The notes under the pieces are model-generated. The model had not been told where the DNA came from, made no database searches, and worked only from the letters and a program-made list of their open reading frames with translations. 64,000 bases of DNA from Nitrospirota bacterium. Its GTDB lineage: Bacteria; Nitrospirota; UBA9217. A program made the translations under genes and the position numbers. The stretch's first letter is position 1, and each line of letters starts with the position of its first letter. The stretch is taken from assembly GCA_963818475.1 (NCBI GenBank), contig CAWFSF010000006.1:1024001-1088000 (forward strand), read 5' to 3'. Below, in pieces: positions 8,703 through 21,158 of the stretch.

Positions 8703-9552
8703 GAGGGGTATTCCTTTCCCGTATAAATGATGTGACCGCCTCCTGCCACGTAGGGATGCTTATGTTGAGGAGGCGGCATATCTGCTCGTTGCTCATAGCG
8801 GAAAATCCCGGGCGTCGGGCGGGCAGATTGAAACTGTCCATGGAAACCGGCCTGATGAACTTATTGATGCCCGATTCGGCGAGAATGTATTTTGCCCACT
8901 CATAGCGGGAACAATAACCGCTGTTCGTAAGGTGGTAGAGGCCGAAGGCACCCTGCTCCAGCGCCGCCATCGTCACCTTGACGACCGTATGGGTATAGGT
9001 TGGCACGGAGAACTCATCACAGGCGATCTTCAAAAAAGCATTGTTCTGCGACCACTCCGAAAGTTTATGGATGAAGTTCTGCTTCCCCTCCCCAAAAACC
9101 CAGCTCAATCTGAAGAGGAGATGTTTGTCCGTTCCTTCCTGAACAAGCCGCTCCCCTTCCCGTTTGCTCTCGCCGTATACGTTCAGGGGGTTGACCGGGT
9201 CCTGTTCCGTATACAGGCCATTCTCCTTGGCGCCGTCGAAAACGTAGTCCGATCCGAAGTGCACCAGAACAGCATTGTTTTTACTGGCTGCGGCAGCCAG
9301 GATCCCAGGGCCTTCAGCGTTGACGGAGAAAGCTTTTGCGCGGTCTTGCTCGGCTTTATCAACGAGGTTATAGGCTGCGCAATTGATGATCACGTCCGGT
9401 TTATAGGACCCGACGGCTTCAAATACCGCAGCGCGGTTGGTAATATCAAAAGCAGCCTCGTCAGGCGCAAGGAACTCCGCAGCTCGTCGATCGAACTCCT
9501 GCTGAAAGGCGCGTGCGAGCTGCCCGTTTTTTCCGGTGATAAGATATCTCAT
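8695..9552 (-). CDS. rmlD: dTDP-4-dehydrorhamnose reductase
   Basis: ITGKNGQL, NCAAYNLVDKAE, SDYVFDG, PLNVYGESK, ARRP. Confidence 0.93.
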   Translation of the reverse strand: MRYLITGKNGQLARAFQQEFDRRAAEFLAPDEAAFDITNRAAVFEAVGSYKPDVIINCAAYNLVDKAEQDRAKAFSVNAEGPGILAAAASKNNAVLVHFGSDYVFDGAKENGLYTEQDPVNPLNVYGESKREGERLVQEGTDKHLLFRLSWVFGEGKQNFIHKLSEWSQNNAFLKIACDEFSVPTYTHTVVKVTMAALEQGAFGLYHLTNSGYCSRYEWAKYILAESGINKFIRPVSMDSFNLPARRPGFSAMSNEQICRLLNISIPTWQEAVTSFIRERNTPHA

Positions 9553-9564
9553 AGTGGTCGTCGG

Positions 9565-10119
9565 TCAGACCTCAAAGTTGTTGTCTGCATCCTTGAGCAA
9601 GGGAAGGACCTTATCTTTTGTTGAAAGGAGCGGATCGGCCAGCGGCCAATGAATGGCGATATCCGGGTCATTCCATATAATGCCGCGGTCTGCGGCGGGA
9701 TAATATTCGGCAGTACACTTGTAGAAAACTTCGGCAAAATCACTAAGAACCTGGAACCCGTGCGCAAATCCCGACGGCACAAAGAGCAGGTGGTTGTTTT
9801 CTTCCGTAAGCTCGGCGCCGACCCATTTGCCGTAAGTAGGAGAACCTTTTCTGATGTCCACCGCCACATCGAAGATCCTCCCTTTCACGCAGCGCACCAG
9901 CTTGCCCTGGCCATAGGGGTGTTTCTGGTAATGGAGCCCCCGCAGGACCCCTTTTTCCGAGCGGGAGTAGTTGTCCTGCGTAAAGTGTTCCGCTATCCCC
10001 GCCTGTATGAAGTCAGAGTGTTTGTAGGTCTCGAGAAAGAAACCTCTCCCGTCCTGAAAAAACTTTGGTTCGACGAGCTGCACATCGGGAATAGATAATT
10101 TTGTAAAGATAAATGGCAT
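9565..10119 (-). CDS. rmlC: dTDP-4-dehydrorhamnose 3,5-epimerase
   Basis: DGRGFFLE, QDNYSRSEKGVLRGLHYQ, DVAVDIRKGSPTYG, GFAHGF. Confidence 0.95.
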   Translation of the reverse strand: MPFIFTKLSIPDVQLVEPKFFQDGRGFFLETYKHSDFIQAGIAEHFTQDNYSRSEKGVLRGLHYQKHPYGQGKLVRCVKGRIFDVAVDIRKGSPTYGKWVGAELTEENNHLLFVPSGFAHGFQVLSDFAEVFYKCTAEYYPAADRGIIWNDPDIAIHWPLADPLLSTKDKVLPLLKDADNNFEV

Positions 10120-10203
10120 AGGCGGCAAAAATCCTAAATTTTGATTTTAATGCGTATGTTTTGTCAGTGAACAATGAAAGAACGCAGCGCGCACGATCTA
10201 CTA

Positions 10204-11421
10204 TTAAAATTGATAACTGGCTGTGCCGATCCACCGGACCGTATCTTCGTGCCCGTTCGAGTCCTTGCGCAGGAACTGCGCGCCGGCGGTGAAACTCAGC
10301 GTGTCCGTCACATAGCGGAGCGCCGGCGTGATGCCCAGTTGATCTCCTTCAGCCAGGGCGGTCTTGAAATGCGCTCTACGGAGGGTGTCGTTCAATTCTA
10401 TCATCGCCTGGAAACGGTTATCCGTGCTCAAAGGCAGCAGGACACCGGCATTGATCATGCCATATCGGTCTTGCATGCTGGTTGTATGGCCAGCTGAGAA
10501 GCCATCAATGAACACTGCTTGCGCCTCCAGGTAAATGCCAAGAAAGGAGTCATCCGAGATCCTTGTCTCCGACGTCGCCAGAGCCATGACCTTCACACCC
10601 CAGTCCGTTACATCATTCAGGCCTTTTGAATCGCTTGCCGTGGGCATGATCCCTGCCAGGCCGACAGCCAATTCCGGAAACGTTGCGCTATGCGTATCCC
10701 ATCGCCATTTAACGGCTAATTCTGTATCTCCGAAACCGCTTTCACTCGTGTTCGGAGTGGTGCGGCCGTAGTCGACATACTTCGCTTTAATGCCTGCCTC
10801 GAGCGTCTCCGTTATGCCGAACGTAAGCGTTATGGGCGTCTGGATAATGCGATAATCCGGTTTGCTGCTGTCTTCGAACAGGACTGATCCGCCGACTGCG
10901 AGTGTGCCGGCCGGCCGGGTGAAGGCGGAGTTCGTCACCATGAGGCCGGTAAGGCCCTGGATATTGGGCGGGCGGTTAATTACCAGTATAACCTCTTCTG
11001 CGCGTCTTTCCCTGCTGAACAGATCGCTTTCCTGGTCATGCGTATCGATCTTATCCGCTCTCGGGGAGTCCTGGCCTCGTTTCGTCCCGCCATACGTATC
11101 AGCTTCCCTGCCCTTGGAGTCCGGTGATGCTGTAAACGAGCTTTTGTCGCCGCGCCCTACGCCATACAGGTCGGTGCTTTGATCCTTTGAAAGCGGTTCT
11201 GCTCCTGAAGAGGTGTTCTCCCCCCGTCCGGTCCCATACAAATCAGTGCTTTTGTCGCTTGATGTAGACGGCGGCTCTGCATTTGTATTCCGATCGCGTC
11301 CGCTATCGTATAGGTCGGCGCTGTCTGCCCTGTCCTGGGCCAGGGATATGCTGTTCGTTCCGAGGAGACAACTCATGCAGAAGAATAAAAGAACAGCTCT
11401 TGCCGGTATCCTGTCAAACAT
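10204..11421 (-). CDS. YjbH/GfcD-like outer-membrane barrel with N-terminal ~24-aa repeats
   Basis: Signal peptide; 4-5 S[TA]DLYGxGRG-type repeats; NRPPNIQGLTGLMVT barrel start; ends YQF. Confidence 0.6.
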   Translation of the reverse strand: MFDRIPARAVLLFFCMSCLLGTNSISLAQDRADSADLYDSGRDRNTNAEPPSTSSDKSTDLYGTGRGENTSSGAEPLSKDQSTDLYGVGRGDKSSFTASPDSKGREADTYGGTKRGQDSPRADKIDTHDQESDLFSRERRAEEVILVINRPPNIQGLTGLMVTNSAFTRPAGTLAVGGSVLFEDSSKPDYRIIQTPITLTFGITETLEAGIKAKYVDYGRTTPNTSESGFGDTELAVKWRWDTHSATFPELAVGLAGIMPTASDSKGLNDVTDWGVKVMALATSETRISDDSFLGIYLEAQAVFIDGFSAGHTTSMQDRYGMINAGVLLPLSTDNRFQAMIELNDTLRRAHFKTALAEGDQLGITPALRYVTDTLSFTAGAQFLRKDSNGHEDTVRWIGTASYQF

Positions 11422-11662
11422 CTATTCTCCCTCATGGCATAGTGCTATTTATGCCGGATGTTCAATGTGTTGCAGAGCTTACTATATCAAAGGACCTGTG
11501 TAAAATCAATGAGTTTGTTGGTGTTTCTTTGATGTGTGTTTAAGGCGTGTTTTAAGTAATGACCACACCGTCGGATGGGGGGAGAAAGCGGCTTCACGCC
11601 TGATAGCTTGCGCATTGCGCGGTACAGAAGCTTCTGGACAAAAAAGATCTTTCTTTCCTGTC

Positions 11663-14091
<2,429 letters not shown>

Positions 14092-14150
14092 TGCTCATAC
14101 CTTCCTCGCTCAGGAACACTTTGGCATCAAGGGATTTCGAGTAAAGAACG

Positions 14151-15014
14151 TTACAAAGAGATTATTCGTACTTTATCCCACATCACGTGCGCATCGGCTG
14201 TTCTCAGATCGACCATATGAAAATCAGCCAGGAGTTTATCAAGCTTTCCATGAGCTGCCTTCAATCCGTAATATGACTTGAATCTTCTCACAATCGATAG
14301 CTCGGGGATAACCGGCTGTGCGTCGTCAAAATCTCTCGGGTGAAAGTAAGTCATTACATATGGCGATTTATTCATCATATGTTTGATCGCCCGGTAGGGG
14401 AACAACCTAAAATAGCCACCACCCGAAAATACGATCTCCTGATGAATAAACGGATACGTATTGATAGGAAATTCTTTAATTCTCCGGCCCTGTATATCAA
14501 TAATAGCGGGCTCCGAAGAGCCATATGCCGAAAAACCGCCATGTGCCCTCTTGGCGGGAAAGACGGAGCAGTCAATTTCAATACCCAGATCGATCAATAT
14601 CTCCAAGGCCCACTGATCTGCACGGCCAATGGAGAAACCGGGAGCTCTGAATGCACGCACCTTTTCCCCGACACAATCTTCAAGTACTTTTATCGAATAC
14701 TCGATATCATTTCTGAAGTGATCTGGAGTTTGTTCATAGACAAGCTGGTGCATGTGAGAATGCGTCGCGATTTCATGTCCCTGCTGCGCAATGTTACGGA
14801 TAACACCCGGATATTTTTTAGCGACCCAACCGAGGCAGAAAAAAGTTGCCTTCTGATTATGATGGTCGAGTAGTTCCAATATCAGTGAATGATTCCTGAG
14901 AATCCGCCCGTCATATTTTGCCCAATCCGTATCAGTCCTTGTTGAAGCATTGTCGAGGAGATGGAACCACTCCTCAAGATCGAAGGTCAATATATGCAAG
15001 TCGTTACCTGACAT
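14151..15014 (-). CDS. polysaccharide deacetylase (CE4, DUF3473 type)
   Basis: LTFDLEEWF, ATFFCLGW, HEIATHSHMH, FRAPGFS, SGGGYFRLFP, YFHPRDFD. Confidence 0.88.
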   Translation of the reverse strand: MSGNDLHILTFDLEEWFHLLDNASTRTDTDWAKYDGRILRNHSLILELLDHHNQKATFFCLGWVAKKYPGVIRNIAQQGHEIATHSHMHQLVYEQTPDHFRNDIEYSIKVLEDCVGEKVRAFRAPGFSIGRADQWALEILIDLGIEIDCSVFPAKRAHGGFSAYGSSEPAIIDIQGRRIKEFPINTYPFIHQEIVFSGGGYFRLFPYRAIKHMMNKSPYVMTYFHPRDFDDAQPVIPELSIVRRFKSYYGLKAAHGKLDKLLADFHMVDLRTADAHVMWDKVRIISL

Positions 15015-15987
15015 CGAAATTAGATAAATTAACGGCCCAATTATTGATGTCGAAGATATTCTTGTCTACCTTGTCATCCAACAATATTTTACCGGCCATG
15101 TGCATTACCCGCGGCTGAAATCGTTTTGGCACCTCATAGAGATTAATCGGCTTAAACGGTAAACGTCCGACATACATGATGATATCGATATTGTGCTTTT
15201 CTTCATCATAAATATGTTTCACGGTGCTTTCGAAAAATATTTTCGACACAGGAGTTACATCAAGAATATAGGCGACTCTCACCCTTTTCTCAGTTTCGAT
15301 CTTGTAAACAGATACACAATCTGCATTAACTTTTATTATCTTAATATCCTCATGGTTATACCTGTACTTCACGAATTGCCCATCGCGCACGATGTGAATG
15401 TTGTGCTTCATATGCGGCCCAATACAGGTGCTCGAGCGAAGTTTTCCGATAGTATTAGGAATAGTATTAATTAATCTTGCATATGCCCTTGGCAGGAAAT
15501 TAAAGGTAGTCATGCCTTTTTTGAGAGCCTGGAACGTGACAGGCAATATGTAAAAGTTAAGCACTCCAATATCGTCCCATTTCAGCAGTCTTTTTCGCAC
15601 TAAATATACTTTGTCGTTGGGGAAGCCAAACACAAAGGGGATGTCTTTTTGTTTCAGCGCGTCATAGACCATACCAGTCATTTTCTTCAAATTGAAAGGA
15701 TTTCCTCTATAGGCTTCATCTATCATCGTGTCAACAGATAAAGCGAAAATAACTTCGCGTTGGAAGTACCGATATTTAAAAGGTATTGATGAGTCACATC
15801 CGACAATAATATCATTATCACTCATAATCCCATGAAATGAATAACCCAGTATTGTGTTTTCATATTTTTTGCGAAAATCTTCAAGGGTCATCGTTTTGCC
15901 AAAGACCCGCCTGAACAAGTCGCAAAAATTCAACTTCTCGTCATAGGTCAATTGGTCTGTTGTTTTGATCATATACTTCATCAGCAT
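15004..15987 (-). CDS. GNAT-family acyltransferase
   Basis: DTMIDEAYRG acetyl-CoA-binding motif, FVFGFPN; overlaps the deacetylase start. Confidence 0.7.
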   Translation of the reverse strand: MLMKYMIKTTDQLTYDEKLNFCDLFRRVFGKTMTLEDFRKKYENTILGYSFHGIMSDNDIIVGCDSSIPFKYRYFQREVIFALSVDTMIDEAYRGNPFNLKKMTGMVYDALKQKDIPFVFGFPNDKVYLVRKRLLKWDDIGVLNFYILPVTFQALKKGMTTFNFLPRAYARLINTIPNTIGKLRSSTCIGPHMKHNIHIVRDGQFVKYRYNHEDIKIIKVNADCVSVYKIETEKRVRVAYILDVTPVSKIFFESTVKHIYDEEKHNIDIIMYVGRLPFKPINLYEVPKRFQPRVMHMAGKILLDDKVDKNIFDINNWAVNLSNFDVR

Positions 15988-16199
15988 TATTTTCCTGTTG
16001 TGACTAGCTTATTCCCGTGCCAGGTGCCAGCGTGTCGCAGACTCATCTGTTAAACCGTTTCATTTTCCAAGTGCATCTTTTTAAAATCATAACGATATAA
16101 TGTAGATACTGTTAACGAAATCCACTCCCGAAGTCTCAGTATTCTCAGCCACATTGCCAAGAGTTGCAGCGGTCTTCTCTGGCAGATAGTGGATTTTAT

Positions 16200-17345
16200 T
16201 CATCGCGATCTTGTACCTTTTTGGGGAATACTTTGCAATAAATCATCATACCTGCTCGCTATTCTGTCCCAATTATAATATTGTTGTACCCTATCAATAC
16301 CGAATTGTTTCACTTTTTTGCGTGAGTCCGTCCTTAATTGGCCGACAGTCTCGATCGCTTCTCGCAAGTCTTCCCTGTTGCTGAAATAGAACATTCGAGA
16401 AGCTGTTACCTCGCGATTGAAGATATTATCATGACAGATGCAGATATTACCAGAACCCAGAGCTTCCAGCAATGATGGGTTGGTACCTCCGACGGAATGC
16501 CCATGAATATAGGCCGAGCATGAATAGCGCAGCGCCTGTAATTCACTGCGATCATATATTCCTCCGAGTAAAACCACCTTATCTGAACGATACTTCAATA
16601 TCTTCCGGACATAATCTGTATCCAAAATAGTACCTACAATCACCAATGGTAGAACGGTCTCGGCATTAAGATAACCTTCAACAATCATTCTAATATTGTT
16701 TTCCGGCTCAAGCCGAGAAACCACCAGATAGTATTCATTATGCATCAATGAGTACTTGTCAAGTATGGCTTGATCATAAAGATTGTTGGTATACGCTCCG
16801 TATTCAATCAGCGCTATTCTGCGAGGATCGATTTTATAAGTGTCCAGCAGATACGTTCTGATTCCCTGCGAATCCGCGATAATAATGTCGGAACAATTTG
16901 CTGCGAGATATTCCGACATCTTTATGTACAGCCTTTTCAACAACGACCACTTTCCCCTTTTCGATTCCAGGCCGTCGATATTAGTAATGATAAATACATT
17001 GAACAGCTTAGGCAAAAAATAGAATAAAGCCCCGCCCGCCCCGGCCACCAATATCGTATTATTCCTCATCACCGCCTTCAGAATCGAATCAAAATAAAAA
17101 AGCAGTGGATTTCGTGACTTGCTAAAATAAGAATAGGCGATTTTAACGCCATTATAGGCAGCTGTCATGTTGCTTGCACGTTCACAATACACCATTATGT
17201 TATAACCTTCATCCGCGAGTCTCCTCGAGACTTCCTCCGCAAAGGTCTCAAAACCGCCATAAGCTGCCGGAATCCCTCGTGTACCCACGATCGCAAGGCG
17301 AATTCCTGCCGCGTTTTGGCCAGGAGTAACGGTTTTTTTCATCAA
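16200..17345 (-). CDS. GT4 glycosyltransferase (DUF1972)
   Basis: GTRGIPAAYGGFETF, NIDGLE, SRLEPENN, HGHSVGGTNPSLLEA. Confidence 0.9.
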   Translation of the reverse strand: MMKKTVTPGQNAAGIRLAIVGTRGIPAAYGGFETFAEEVSRRLADEGYNIMVYCERASNMTAAYNGVKIAYSYFSKSRNPLLFYFDSILKAVMRNNTILVAGAGGALFYFLPKLFNVFIITNIDGLESKRGKWSLLKRLYIKMSEYLAANCSDIIIADSQGIRTYLLDTYKIDPRRIALIEYGAYTNNLYDQAILDKYSLMHNEYYLVVSRLEPENNIRMIVEGYLNAETVLPLVIVGTILDTDYVRKILKYRSDKVVLLGGIYDRSELQALRYSCSAYIHGHSVGGTNPSLLEALGSGNICICHDNIFNREVTASRMFYFSNREDLREAIETVGQLRTDSRKKVKQFGIDRVQQYYNWDRIASRYDDLLQSIPQKGTRSR

Positions 17346-18475
17346 CGCGCACCGGATCGTTCTCGAAGGATCGCCTGCTTTTGATCAGTTATATTTCTCT
17401 TGTAATAACTTCTTAATAATAACCAAGTACTCGTATCGTATCCTTTATACGATAGCTGCCGTTTCGAATCTGCTGAAACAGCCTCATAACGCGGATCCCA
17501 TCCGGTCCATACCGTTTTCCCGCCGAACGCGAAATAAATCCAGCTCCATCCATTTTTCTCGAATATATCTATTGCATCTTTCAGATACTGATCACGGCCG
17601 GGAGCCCAGCGCACCGCACTAAACTCTCCTATATAAACAGGGACTTTGTGTTTTTCCTGAAACTGCTTGAGTGGCAGCACGAACTTCTCCAGCGCGTTTT
17701 TATCCCAGAAGGTCAAATCCATACGGCCCGGGTATGTCAGGGGTTGGTCGCCGAAGTCGGTTATCCCCTGGTGCGTATATTTATGAGGTATATAAACATG
17801 AGCATTATATATTATACGGTTATCGTTCAACAGCGGAAAGTTCTCGTAACCGCCGGGGAACCCCCATGCCCCCGCTGAAACAATCACATACCTTGACCTA
17901 TCGTGTTTTCTCATGGTTTTAAGCATATTGTTAAGTATTTCATTCCACTTTACTGGCAACAGCGATTTATTATCCTTGACCATTACGGGTTCGCTTAAGA
18001 ATTGATAAGCAGACAGTTCCGTGCCTCTTGCTGCAAATTTTTTCGCTGCGAGCGAGACCAGATGGTTTATCTGCTTTATGCATACAGGGTTATCCCAATA
18101 TTCCGGATTCTTTTTGTCGCTGCATTTCGAATCATCCGTAGGAAAGCTGTCGGTCGCAATGATAGCGGTCATTTTATATTTTTTACATTCATTTAATATC
18201 CGGTCGATGAGCTTCAGATTATACAGGAAGGCATCTTCGGACGAAACGTGCAACTGCTCCATGGTTCTCTTTGAAGTGAAATATATTCTCACCGCATTGA
18301 TATTCTGCATGGCCAACTCCTTGACCACGCCGATTTCTTCCTGGGCGATTTCTGCTGGTACGGATATCCCGCGCCATGGCCACATCACAGGATACGATCG
18401 CTCCTGGGCGTATACGTTCCCTGGGAGAACGATCAGGACAACAGCAGAAATAATCATCAGACGTCTTAAACTCAC
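17342..18475 (-). CDS. secreted/periplasmic GH5-family glycoside hydrolase
   Basis: Signal peptide; LSEP acid/base, NAHVYIPHKYTHQG, VYIGEF nucleophile, GWSW. Confidence 0.8.
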   Translation of the reverse strand: MSLRRLMIISAVVLIVLPGNVYAQERSYPVMWPWRGISVPAEIAQEEIGVVKELAMQNINAVRIYFTSKRTMEQLHVSSEDAFLYNLKLIDRILNECKKYKMTAIIATDSFPTDDSKCSDKKNPEYWDNPVCIKQINHLVSLAAKKFAARGTELSAYQFLSEPVMVKDNKSLLPVKWNEILNNMLKTMRKHDRSRYVIVSAGAWGFPGGYENFPLLNDNRIIYNAHVYIPHKYTHQGITDFGDQPLTYPGRMDLTFWDKNALEKFVLPLKQFQEKHKVPVYIGEFSAVRWAPGRDQYLKDAIDIFEKNGWSWIYFAFGGKTVWTGWDPRYEAVSADSKRQLSYKGYDTSTWLLLRSYYKRNITDQKQAILRERSGAR

Positions 18476-19647
18476 CGTTTACCTCCGGCAGTTAGGAGCA
18501 ATTTACCATAGAGTAATTTTGTTTGCTTGCCTATAAAATCCCAATCATGGTATCTTCGAACATATTCTCTCGCGGCATTTCCCAGAGAAACAGCGCGCGA
18601 TGGATCGCTTAGTATTTCCCGCATCCTTGCCGCCAGATCCTCATTATCTTCCGAGCGAAACAAGAGGCCATTTTCTCCATCACGAATAATCTCTTTCATC
18701 CCCTCAAGGTCGCTCGTAATGACCGGCATTCCGTAGCTCATTGCCATCAGCAGTACACCGCTCTGGTAGATACGTCGATAGGGCAATACTACAACATCGG
18801 ATGCGCCATAATAAAACGGAACCTCCTCATCATGGATATAGCGGATATGGGTGATGCAACGATCGCGAATGCTCTGCCTCTCCATACTCTTCTCATATAT
18901 TGAAAAGTCATTTTTCCAAGGCCTGCCCGCGATCAACAACACCGCATCGGGATGATGCTTCAACACAGTAGGCATCGCATCTATAAGCAAATCCAGGCCC
19001 TTCACCTCTTTGATCTGGCCGAACAACAATAGTACCTTTGCCTGTTCGGGAATATCCAGCACACGACGCGATTCTGCTTGCGAAGGCATGGGGCGATTAG
19101 CGAGCAGGTAATTGCCGTGCGGAATCACCTCAATTACTTCCGGCACCAGCCCGATCCGCTCAATGAGTTCTTTTTTGCTGACCTGGTTGTGCGCGATAAC
19201 CCGATGACCCAAACGATAAACAAAGCGGCTAAGCGTTGGCACCTCCAGTTCTTCCACGAACGATTCCACATCGTGTGCAGTAATCACAACCTTGCGCAGC
19301 AATAACCGCGCAAGCATCACTTGCATCGTTTGTAATGATCCCACATGGAAGAAGTGAAAATGAGCGATGCGACGACCTTCTCGCACTGCGGAAAGCAGTG
19401 CGACCAAGGATCCGTACATGTAGCGCAACCCACGTTTCCACGCGGCATCCGTGCCATAGATGCCGCGAAAAGCATGTCGGACCTCAAACGCAGCATCTTG
19501 GGGAGCAGTTGTTTTCTCACAGGTATATAAGACCACATCAACGCCCGCGCCAGTCAAGCCCTCGCAAAGCCCAAAATCATAATAATCCATGCCACCATGC
19601 CCACCAACAGGCTCAATGATAGCAACTTTCATGCCTCGTCCGCTCAA
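18472..19647 (-). CDS. GT4 glycosyltransferase
   Basis: IPHGN, FGQIKEVKGLD, VLPYRRIYQSGVLLMAMSYG. Confidence 0.9.
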   Translation of the reverse strand: MSGRGMKVAIIEPVGGHGGMDYYDFGLCEGLTGAGVDVVLYTCEKTTAPQDAAFEVRHAFRGIYGTDAAWKRGLRYMYGSLVALLSAVREGRRIAHFHFFHVGSLQTMQVMLARLLLRKVVITAHDVESFVEELEVPTLSRFVYRLGHRVIAHNQVSKKELIERIGLVPEVIEVIPHGNYLLANRPMPSQAESRRVLDIPEQAKVLLLFGQIKEVKGLDLLIDAMPTVLKHHPDAVLLIAGRPWKNDFSIYEKSMERQSIRDRCITHIRYIHDEEVPFYYGASDVVVLPYRRIYQSGVLLMAMSYGMPVITSDLEGMKEIIRDGENGLLFRSEDNEDLAARMREILSDPSRAVSLGNAAREYVRRYHDWDFIGKQTKLLYGKLLLTAGGKR

Positions 19648-20640
19648 TCAGTACCCCAATGTCTGCATGGTTTCATCGAACATCGGACGCAGTGCCTCAT
19701 GCATTGCAAACTTAGGATGTTGCGGCGTCGGCCGTAACACAGCTTCACCATAGCTCAGGTAAATATCGTCCTTCCCCAGTTGACCGAAAATAGCGATCTC
19801 ACCAAGCATGGCACGCGGATTCGCCACAAGATTCTCATAGTGTATAAGCAGTATGCTCTTGTCATTTTCCTCGACACGACGTAGCCCTTCACGCATGGTG
19901 ACAATCCACTCAACCGCTGCCATATCAGTGTGTTGTGTCAAAGAGGGGATGATTGCCCTAATTCTTGCAAAATATGGATCCGGTTTAAGTAACTCGCTCT
20001 GCATCAATTTCCACTTGCGCTGATTAACTCCCCACCAATCATGAGTTACCTCCCCCTGTTTGTCACCAAGACGCTTTGACCACAACTCTATTGAAGCACA
20101 AGTATCCCAACCATTTCTCACCAGAAAAATGAATTTTGCATCGGGAAAGATTTTCCGCACAAATGGTACGCGAAAAATCAACTCTGGATACTTATCTACA
20201 AGACGATTCGAGAAAACAGTTCTCAAATAGACGCCAAACAGACGATGAGCATTTCGCCGAACCGTGTCGGTCACATGTGTTGCATCCAAGCGGTAGTGTG
20301 CTTCACCCCGGCCGTAACTGCCAATCACGTCCTCGTAAGGATAAATAGAATGCCAAAGCGCCTTGGGTTCATTCAAGAATCCTACGTCGCGATGCATGGA
20401 AAGTACCATACCCAGAACCGTGGTGCCGCTTCGGCCAGTGCCGAGAATGAATATCGGCTTTTCCACACGTTTAATCTGTGGTAAGCTTTTTTCGACAGCG
20501 AAATGCGCAAATACCAAAGGATTCAACCAGCGACCTCGCGTCGTTATCGGTCGACCTTCGAACAAGCCGTAGCTAACAAGTCGGGAAACCGTCTTAGTCG
20601 GCCGCATCCACATATAGTTGAAATCAAGCTGAGCGACCAC
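19648..20640 (-). CDS. sulfotransferase (Sulfotransfer_3-like)
   Basis: PIFILGTGRSGTT 5'-PSB loop, FIFLVRNGWDTCAS 3'-PB motif, HYENLV. Confidence 0.85.
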   Translation of the reverse strand: MVAQLDFNYMWMRPTKTVSRLVSYGLFEGRPITTRGRWLNPLVFAHFAVEKSLPQIKRVEKPIFILGTGRSGTTVLGMVLSMHRDVGFLNEPKALWHSIYPYEDVIGSYGRGEAHYRLDATHVTDTVRRNAHRLFGVYLRTVFSNRLVDKYPELIFRVPFVRKIFPDAKFIFLVRNGWDTCASIELWSKRLGDKQGEVTHDWWGVNQRKWKLMQSELLKPDPYFARIRAIIPSLTQHTDMAAVEWIVTMREGLRRVEENDKSILLIHYENLVANPRAMLGEIAIFGQLGKDDIYLSYGEAVLRPTPQHPKFAMHEALRPMFDETMQTLGY

Positions 20641-20642
20641 AG

Positions 20643-21158
20643 TTAACTCCCCTCCGCATCTTGCCGCATAGCCGGTCGCTCGCCAACTACTCCTGCGGGC
20701 GACCCGATTGCAATGGCATTAGGCGGAATATCGTGCGTTATCACTGCAGCGGCTCCTATCACTGCGCCATTGCCAATTGTTACCGGCTTAGCGATCACAA
20801 CATTCAATCCGATGAAAACATAGTCGCCAATTACCACTTGCCCCTGATAAAAACGGAATGGTCGTTTCATGGTGGGTACATAACTGGTATCGAAATAATG
20901 AGTCAGAATTCGCGCACCAGCTGTAATTCTTACATTCCGGCCAACTTGAATCGCTTCAGGATAAATATCATCGAAAAAGACGTCTTCTCCAAGAAACACG
21001 GAACGCCAATCCACGAAACGCACCCCACGCATCATTTGTAATAAAACACGTATTCTCACGGGAAGCAATGGCATCTTGCGCGCAATAAATTGAAAAAGTT
21101 TACCAGCGAAGCGACGAAGAGTTCGCCGGGGAGACGCGGTTGCTGATGAATTTGTCAT
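20643..21158 (-). CDS. hexapeptide-repeat acyltransferase
   Basis: VIGDYVFIG, VTIGNGAVIGAAAVITHDIP, GSPA. Confidence 0.85.
   Translation of the reverse strand: MTNSSATASPRRTLRRFAGKLFQFIARKMPLLPVRIRVLLQMMRGVRFVDWRSVFLGEDVFFDDIYPEAIQVGRNVRITAGARILTHYFDTSYVPTMKRPFRFYQGQVVIGDYVFIGLNVVIAKPVTIGNGAVIGAAAVITHDIPPNAIAIGSPAGVVGERPAMRQDAEGS

Noticed and set aside
7581-10119. rmlA missing from the rml cluster
   Set aside because: Often encoded elsewhere; cannot be judged from one window
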